NCBI GenBank assembly: GCA_038329265.1
Contig: JBBQMW010000002.1
Span: 1,148 to 65,147 of the forward strand
Direction of reading: 5' to 3'
Length of the DNA stretch: 64,000 nt
Origin: Bacteroidales bacterium
Lineage (GTDB): Bacteria; Bacteroidota; Bacteroidia; Bacteroidales; Prolixibacteraceae
Position numbers and translations under genes: made by a program. Under the pieces are notes generated by a model. That model searched no databases. It was given only the letters and a program-made list of their open reading frames with translations, and was not told where the DNA came from. Of the stretch, positions 58,157 to 64,000 are shown one piece after another (position 1 is the first letter of the stretch; each line of letters starts with the position of its first letter).

Positions 58157-58606
58157 TTACCGGTAGGGTAGTCCGGCCAACACATCGGCCAGTCGGTTCA
58201 TGCCATCTTCGAGTTTTTTGCCAACCATCATTTTAATCATCATACTCATATCCGCATCTAAAGTCAGGCGAAGTTTAGTTTCATAATCGGAAACCGGAAG
58301 AAGCTGAATCCAAAATACAACACTGACTGGCAGGCTACCGGTACTGCTTATTTTGATGGTTTTGTGAGGTTCGCGATCAATGATTCGGATTTCGGCCAAA
58401 CCCATTCCTGCAATCTGAAACCGGCACGAATCCGAATCCGATTCAAAATTGGAGATTTTGATCTGCGGTATTTGTTCCGACATTTTTGACAATAAACCAT
58501 CGTTGACGTAATTCGAAAGATTTTCGAAGTTCGACAGGTAGTTGAAGATTATTTCCCGATTGTTGTTGACTATTTTAACGTCGCTAACATATTTGCTTAC
58601 TGACAT
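58157..58606 (-). CDS. SRPBCC family protein
   Basis: IFNYLSNFENLS, C-terminal MMIKMMVGKKLEDG helix; adjacent to pyrE. Confidence 0.75.
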   Translation of the reverse strand: MSVSKYVSDVKIVNNNREIIFNYLSNFENLSNYVNDGLLSKMSEQIPQIKISNFESDSDSCRFQIAGMGLAEIRIIDREPHKTIKISSTGSLPVSVVFWIQLLPVSDYETKLRLTLDADMSMMIKMMVGKKLEDGMNRLADVLAGLPYR

Positions 58607-58624
58607 GATTCCTGATTTATTGGT

Positions 58625-58659
58625 AAAAAAAATCCCCTTTCCGCATAAGGAAAGGGGAA
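58625..58659 (-). terminator. rho-independent terminator after pyrE
   Basis: TCCCCTTTCC-loop-GGAAAGGGGA followed by T8 on - strand. Confidence 0.75.
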
Positions 58660-58682
58660 AATATAATGAATATCTAAATTCT

Positions 58683-59318
58683 TTATTTGCCCCAACTTTC
58701 AGGCTGTTCGCGCCATTTATTGAGTTTTTCCACTTCTTCGGGTTTTACATCGCCCGATTGCAGCGCTAAATCGATCAGAACCTGATAGCGACTTAAAGCA
58801 GTCAATTCCAGACCGGCATCGGCGAAATTTTTACGGGCATGTGGAAAATTGTAGGTAAAGATTGCAAGCATTCCCAGCACATCGCCACCAAAATTGATAA
58901 TAGCCTCGGCTGCTTTCAGGCTGCTCACGCCAGTAGAAATAAGGTCTTCAATAATTACAATTTTCTGACCTGCTTTCATGTCACCTTCAATCAGGTTTTC
59001 GAGCCCGTGATCTTTTGGTTTTGCACGAACATAGATAAATGGCAAGCCCAATTCCTGTGCTACCAGCATTCCGTGTGCAATTGCTCCGGTGGCCACACCA
59101 GCAATCACTTCAACCTGAGGATATTTTTCACGGATAATTTTGCAGAATTGTTCGCAAATAAATGTCCGTTCTTCAGGATAAGACATAATTTTGCGGTTGT
59201 CACAATAAATTGGAGCTTTCCAACCTGAAGCCCAGGTAAACGGATTGTTGGGCTGAACTTTTATGGTGTTGATGTGAAGTAGTTTCTTTGTAACTTCGAT
59301 TTGAATTTGTTCGATCAT
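58683..59318 (-). CDS. pyrE: orotate phosphoribosyltransferase
   Basis: FTWASGWKAPIYCDNR, YVRAKPKDHG, IIEDLISTG. Confidence 0.96.
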   Translation of the reverse strand: MIEQIQIEVTKKLLHINTIKVQPNNPFTWASGWKAPIYCDNRKIMSYPEERTFICEQFCKIIREKYPQVEVIAGVATGAIAHGMLVAQELGLPFIYVRAKPKDHGLENLIEGDMKAGQKIVIIEDLISTGVSSLKAAEAIINFGGDVLGMLAIFTYNFPHARKNFADAGLELTALSRYQVLIDLALQSGDVKPEEVEKLNKWREQPESWGK

Positions 59319-59350
59319 GATATTTTTGTTTTAACTTTTAACGCCGACAA

Positions 59351-59986
59351 ATGTACAAAGTTTTTTTCAATGAGTCCATCATACAAATCGACTCTGAATT
59401 TAAAAAATCATTAAATAATAACATTTCCCGATTGGTTGATACTGAAGGTTATGGTTTTGTAAATCAATTAGTTTATGATATTGAGTCGGTCAGTATCGCA
59501 AGTAATTTCTTAATTCTGCATCAGGATATTGATACGGTTTGGAATGAGTTTAAAAGTCATTTTAAATTAATTGGTGCTGCAGGTGGACTGGTTCAGAATG
59601 ACGAAGGCTCGTTCCTTTTTATTAAACGACTGGGCTTTTGGGATCTTCCCAAGGGAAAAATCGAAAAAAAAGAATCGCCTGAAAATGCTGCCTTACGCGA
59701 AGTGGAGGAGGAGTGTGGTTTGTCCGGTATGGAGATCATTCGGCCACTTGATTCAACTTTCCACATTTATCGTTCACCTTATATGACGTTTCCGGAGAAT
59801 CTGGTTTTAAAAGAAACCCAATGGTTTTTGATGCGCTATTCAGGAAGTGAAATTCCTGTTCCGCAGGTGGAGGAAGACATTGAGGAAGTGCGGTGGGTTG
59901 CTGCTTCGGAGTTCGCTGAGGTAATGTCGAATACATACCGAAGTTTGTACGAATTTCTGGAAAAATACCTCAGCGAAAGAAGATAA
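59351..59986 (+). CDS. NUDIX hydrolase
   Basis: WDLPKGKIEKKESPENAALREVEEECGL Nudix box. Confidence 0.92.
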   Translation: MYKVFFNESIIQIDSEFKKSLNNNISRLVDTEGYGFVNQLVYDIESVSIASNFLILHQDIDTVWNEFKSHFKLIGAAGGLVQNDEGSFLFIKRLGFWDLPKGKIEKKESPENAALREVEEECGLSGMEIIRPLDSTFHIYRSPYMTFPENLVLKETQWFLMRYSGSEIPVPQVEEDIEEVRWVAASEFAEVMSNTYRSLYEFLEKYLSERR

Positions 59987-60027
59987 GCTGGGACGAATGG
60001 TATGAAAAAGCATTGTATGTGTTTGGT

Positions 60028-61446
60028 TTATTGCTTATTCTGAAATTCCTTCATATAATCACTTTTGAAGATTTGCCCCAGTTGGCGATCAAGACCGTCG
60101 ATTGGGTTGGGTGCCGGTGAGAGGATTAGTTTTCCGTCTTTGCCGATCAGGAACGAATTGGGGAAGGTTTTTACTTTGTATGATTCTGCAATATTGGTGT
60201 CAGTGGTTGTGAAAATTCCGGCCCAACTATTCTCATTCTTAAATCCTGAACGATCGGGGATGACATTAATAATAACCAGTTTATCCGGATAATGAGTTGA
60301 GATTTGTTTTAAAGCATCAAGATGTTGACGGCAAATGGTGTTTTTCGGATCGGTAAAGTGCAGGTAAATGTACTTGTTCGGATAGTTGGTCAGATTCACT
60401 TTTTCCCCTTCTAAATTTTTTAAAATCAATGCCGGAGGTGTCGTTCCGTTGGTCAACCAGGTGAGTTGGGTGCGAATTAATTGCGCTGTTTTTTGTTCGT
60501 AAGTACTCCATTCTGCCAATTTAACCTGATCGAGCATTTTCAGGATCGAAGCTTTCGGGAATAATTTGCTGTAATAGGCATCTTTTAGCGACTTCAGTAA
60601 AATACAATGCGATAATTCGCGGTTAAAATGCAGATTCTTTTGGAAATATTCGTCCAGTTGAGTCAATGCCGATGTGTTGATGAAGTTTTTGGTTTCGGCG
60701 GTTTGCGGATTGTTAGCCAATACGTTAAAATAGTTGGTAAACACCTGATTGAATAAGGTTGCGTAGGCCGCCAATTGATACTGAGGTTTGATTGAACTGA
60801 AATATGTTTTCATAAACTCGGCTGATTTACCCTGATTCATTGCAAAATCGAGATTGGCTTTTCGGAACAGTTTATGCGACTCTAGAAAAGGAGATTTTGA
60901 GTTCGGAAATTCGCGATCAAGAGTTTTTTTCACTGTGTCGACCAACGATTTGGAGTGATTAAGGTAAATCTGATCAAAATATTTGTTTTCGTTGCTTGCA
61001 TAGGCCAGCTCAAACTGCTGGATTTGAACATTCAGTTCGTCTTTTGCCGGATTGACTATTCCAAGCCAAACCGGTTCTGATTTCGTAAATGGATTGCGTT
61101 TTTGCGATTCGGTTAATGTGCGTTTGGGTGGCAGTAAAATTTCGTAATTCTTTCCGGATTCCAGATAAATCATACCATGATAACCATCGAAATCGGCAAA
61201 GCAAAGTGTCGTTTCAGTGAGTTCAAATTCAAGGCTAAATGCACCGTTAGAATTTATCCGGAGAGTACCGAGTTTTACTTTTTCTTCGGAAATAAAATCG
61301 CGAAGTGTATTCAGTTCGATAGCATTTTGGGCATATTCAGGAGCTTTACCTGTAATTTTTGTCATGGCCGACCATGCCTTTTCATTCAGGAATAAACACA
61401 GAACAATAAGCGTTGAAAAGAGTATTTTGGTAGTCACAATATTCAA
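60028..61446 (-). CDS. exported protein with C-terminal TlpA/AhpC-TSA-like thioredoxin fold
   Basis: Signal peptide; LKNLEGEKVNL..YLHF..C..YKVKTFPNSFLIGKDGK; start uncertain. Confidence 0.7.
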   Translation of the reverse strand: MNIVTTKILFSTLIVLCLFLNEKAWSAMTKITGKAPEYAQNAIELNTLRDFISEEKVKLGTLRINSNGAFSLEFELTETTLCFADFDGYHGMIYLESGKNYEILLPPKRTLTESQKRNPFTKSEPVWLGIVNPAKDELNVQIQQFELAYASNENKYFDQIYLNHSKSLVDTVKKTLDREFPNSKSPFLESHKLFRKANLDFAMNQGKSAEFMKTYFSSIKPQYQLAAYATLFNQVFTNYFNVLANNPQTAETKNFINTSALTQLDEYFQKNLHFNRELSHCILLKSLKDAYYSKLFPKASILKMLDQVKLAEWSTYEQKTAQLIRTQLTWLTNGTTPPALILKNLEGEKVNLTNYPNKYIYLHFTDPKNTICRQHLDALKQISTHYPDKLVIINVIPDRSGFKNENSWAGIFTTTDTNIAESYKVKTFPNSFLIGKDGKLILSPAPNPIDGLDRQLGQIFKSDYMKEFQNKQ

Positions 61447-61482
61447 TCAGATGTTGATTTATTTAACGAAGAACTTCTGAAT

Positions 61483-61962
61483 TTATTCTTCAATTTTGAA
61501 TTCGGCCATATTTAGTGCGGCTGGTAAAAAGATGCTTGCATCGCCGCCGTGTAGAATTATGTCACGGACAATGGTCGAATTAATTGGCGTGTGCTCGGGC
61601 ATGGTTAACAGAAAAACCGACTCGATTTGCGGGTGCATCATTTTATTGACCTGTGCAATGGCCCGCTCGAATTCGAAATCGGCAGAAGTGCGCAAACCCC
61701 TAAGGATGTATTTGGCATTCACCTTTTTGCAGAAGTCAACTGTCAGTCCTTCATGACATTCAACGGTCACTTTGGGTTCATTTTTGAAAATTTCGTTGAT
61801 CCATATTTCTCTTTTTTCAACGGAAAAAAAAGACCTTTTATTCGAATTGTTCCCAATCATGATGATGATTTTGTCGAACAAGGGTATGGCACGATTCACA
61901 ATGCTTTCGTGTCCAACAGTAAATGGATCAAATGATCCCGGAAAGATGGCAATTCGCTGCAT
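61483..61962 (-). CDS. coaD: pantetheine-phosphate adenylyltransferase
   Basis: FPGSFDPFTVGH, LRGLR..DFEFE, INSTIVR. Confidence 0.96.
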   Translation of the reverse strand: MQRIAIFPGSFDPFTVGHESIVNRAIPLFDKIIIMIGNNSNKRSFFSVEKREIWINEIFKNEPKVTVECHEGLTVDFCKKVNAKYILRGLRTSADFEFERAIAQVNKMMHPQIESVFLLTMPEHTPINSTIVRDIILHGGDASIFLPAALNMAEFKIEE

Positions 61963-62003
61963 GTTTCTGTTTTTATTGAAAATTTAAGTCGTAAATATAG
62001 TGC

Positions 62004-62822
62004 TTAATTTTGCTGCTTAGTATGTGTTAAAACAAAGATCAAAATTAAGGCGCATGTAGCAATCAAAGCACTGATAATAAGTTGGTTTGGCTTACTGCTT
62101 TGAAAGAAGGAAGTTTTTTCGATGGTACTCCAGAACTGTATACTGACCAAAACAAGTCCATTGTTAATGGCATGGCCGATGATGCACAAATAAATGTTTC
62201 GGGTACGAAGCATCAGGATTCCCAATACAAGTCCAAGAATAAACGTTGCCGGAAACTGCCAGGGATTGAGATGGAAAAGCGCAAACAGAAGCGCTGAAAC
62301 AAATACTGCCGTGAACTTCGAATAATTCCGCATCAGTCCATGCATAATCACCCCTCTGAAAATCATTTCTTCGATGACCGGAGCCATAATGACTACCTTC
62401 AAAATAGCGCCGTAAATTCCGTAGTCACTTTCAAATATTTTATTGAATAATTCCCAGAACCATGCCGGCGGAGGGAGAACTTTATCGAGGGCAATATTTA
62501 CTTCTCCAATCAGGTTTTGAGCCGACCACAGAAAGAAAAGAATTGGAATCAGTACCAAAATGTTGAACTTTTTTGCCGGGAAAAGCTCCCTGAGCGGCAC
62601 TCCGGCCCTGCGGTAGGCATAGTAAAAGATGAAAACGTTAGAACCTACACCCAGCAGGATTTTCTTTATCGGATTGGATAAATAATCCGTTCCATTGTAA
62701 TAGTCGAGCAAGGCCAGCGGAAAATCAACAAGGGTTTGGATGAAGGTGTACAGCACAATCAGATGGATTGCACCAAGTATCGTAGGATAATGTTTATTTT
62801 GAAGTTCGTTCACGCTGTTCAT
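62004..62822 (-). CDS. CPBP (CAAX/Abi) intramembrane glutamic endopeptidase
   Basis: PVIEEMIFRG, FALFH, HAINN. Confidence 0.9.
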   Translation of the reverse strand: MNSVNELQNKHYPTILGAIHLIVLYTFIQTLVDFPLALLDYYNGTDYLSNPIKKILLGVGSNVFIFYYAYRRAGVPLRELFPAKKFNILVLIPILFFLWSAQNLIGEVNIALDKVLPPPAWFWELFNKIFESDYGIYGAILKVVIMAPVIEEMIFRGVIMHGLMRNYSKFTAVFVSALLFALFHLNPWQFPATFILGLVLGILMLRTRNIYLCIIGHAINNGLVLVSIQFWSTIEKTSFFQSSKPNQLIISALIATCALILIFVLTHTKQQN

Positions 62823-62895
62823 AGTTTGAGAAGTCTAATATAGGCTACTTTTCCGGAATAAAAAACTCACACCTGCTAATTCGGACACTCATGTA

Positions 62896-63849
62896 TTAAT
62901 TTGATTTTTCGTTGCAAAATTCATTTTTTAACTGATCGGCCATCCAATCCGAAAGCAATTCGGAACCTTTGTCGTTTAAATGACTGGCATCCATCCAATT
63001 CGAAACATCGCTGAATATCAGTTGAGGTGGAATCAGTACCGGTGCCATGTTTTTATAATGGAATTCGTATTTTGGATTTTTAAGCTTCGATCCATACTCG
63101 GGCAGATAAACAAAAATGAATGGTATTTTTTTCGCTTCAACCATGCGGATCATTTTATCCAGATAGGCAAACGGATATTTTACTTTTGTCTCCTCAACGA
63201 ATTCAATGGTAGCTCGGTTGAGCCTTTTTCCCCAGGCCTTTTCATTTTCGGTCAGTTCGTCCCGGGTCACCATTCGGTCACTGGCGCCATATCCATATAA
63301 CTCTGAAACTGGTTCCGGATATTTTTCCCGGAATACAAATCGGGCTTTAAAATATTCCAGACGGGCTGACGCTCCATGAAAGAGATCGGCCAAATAATCA
63401 CGGTTGAATGGTGTGGGCGTCTGCAATAAATCCCGGGTATCGGCCAAATATGGAAAAATATCATGGCTATTCTTTTCTTCGTCTTCATGCACTTCAAACA
63501 CAACGAGTCCGGGGGATTTTTTATCGATCAGCATTTTCAAAAGGATGTATTCCAGGTTTCTTCCATACCTGCAATATCCAAGATTTGTAACCCGATCGTT
63601 TGAGCCAATCAGTTCTTCTATCTTTTTATCCTGAAAGGCGTGTATGGTATGCGACGAACCAATAAATGCAATGTCGATAGGCGTTGGGTTGTGATTGATA
63701 CGATCGTAAATCCATGCTCCGTGATTGTAACAATCATTCTCAATGTAGTGGTAAGCGAATTCTCCTGAATAAGGTGCCAGATACAGTCCAATTAACGGGA
63801 TTGTCAGAAGACTAAAAAACAGGGCTATTTTAAGGAGAATTGACTTCAT
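62896..63849 (-). CDS. SGNH-like membrane-anchored protein (MBOAT partner)
   Basis: N-terminal TM, FIGSSH, C-terminal DASHLN; directly downstream of MBOAT gene. Confidence 0.7.
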   Translation of the reverse strand: MKSILLKIALFFSLLTIPLIGLYLAPYSGEFAYHYIENDCYNHGAWIYDRINHNPTPIDIAFIGSSHTIHAFQDKKIEELIGSNDRVTNLGYCRYGRNLEYILLKMLIDKKSPGLVVFEVHEDEEKNSHDIFPYLADTRDLLQTPTPFNRDYLADLFHGASARLEYFKARFVFREKYPEPVSELYGYGASDRMVTRDELTENEKAWGKRLNRATIEFVEETKVKYPFAYLDKMIRMVEAKKIPFIFVYLPEYGSKLKNPKYEFHYKNMAPVLIPPQLIFSDVSNWMDASHLNDKGSELLSDWMADQLKNEFCNEKSN

Positions 63850-63852
63850 CGG

Positions 63853-64000
63853 TTAAAATTGAAAATAGATAAATTGTGGTGCGGCATTTAAAACGCCGAA
63901 AATCAGAATTGCAAATGTTAGTACCAAATAAACCGTCCATCTGAAGAAAGTTCTACGCTTAACAATCAAGCTGTTAAAATTATCCTGATGAATCAGTGTT
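63853..64000 (-). CDS. MBOAT family O-acyltransferase, C-terminus (partial)
   Basis: Manual translation ..RWTVYLVLTFAILIFGVLNAAPQFIYFQF*, AlgI/PatA-type FIYFQF end. Confidence 0.8.
   Translation of the reverse strand, partial: TLIHQDNFNSLIVKRRTFFRWTVYLVLTFAILIFGVLNAAPQFIYFQF

Noticed and set aside
1-64000. tRNA, rRNA, intact IS/transposase, integrase or prophage genes
   Set aside because: None recognised by eye; tRNAscan-SE, Infernal/Rfam and ISEScan would be needed to exclude them formally

Overview
Bacteroidota chromosomal window, probably Marinilabiliales/Prolixibacteraceae-like (inferred from TAnnTTTG -7 promoters, weak Shine-Dalgarno use, CcoNO fusion, MGRAxEY-type YebC). Left to right: partial Tat-type aldo/keto reductase, orphan RHH antitoxin, argH, gltBD, a small accessory patch (second yebC, SRAP, ORF6N), an OprB-porin/FeoAB/HMA operon, then a ~34 kb respiratory supercluster (A2-type heme-copper oxidase, cbb3 oxidase with assembly genes, cytochrome bd, 14-gene nuo operon with short NuoG), a decayed MNT-HEPN toxin-antitoxin pair and a housekeeping block (pssA, psd, cdsA, ftsH, rsfS, birA, pyrE, coaD, MBOAT). 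No rRNA, tRNA, CRISPR array or intact transposase was seen. The most unusual signal is in the cistron junctions: a four-helix-bundle (23S-IVP-like) gene inside nuo is flanked by mutually complementary heptamer arrays that contain or abut the neighbouring stop/start codons; ORF-less versions of such arrays occur at other junctions; and several palindromic repeat families occur as inverted doublets, nested mosaics, a ~180-nt element shared by the gltB-gltD and nuoD-nuoE spacers, and in-frame protein C-termini. All family assignments come from reading motifs by eye; no database search was run.
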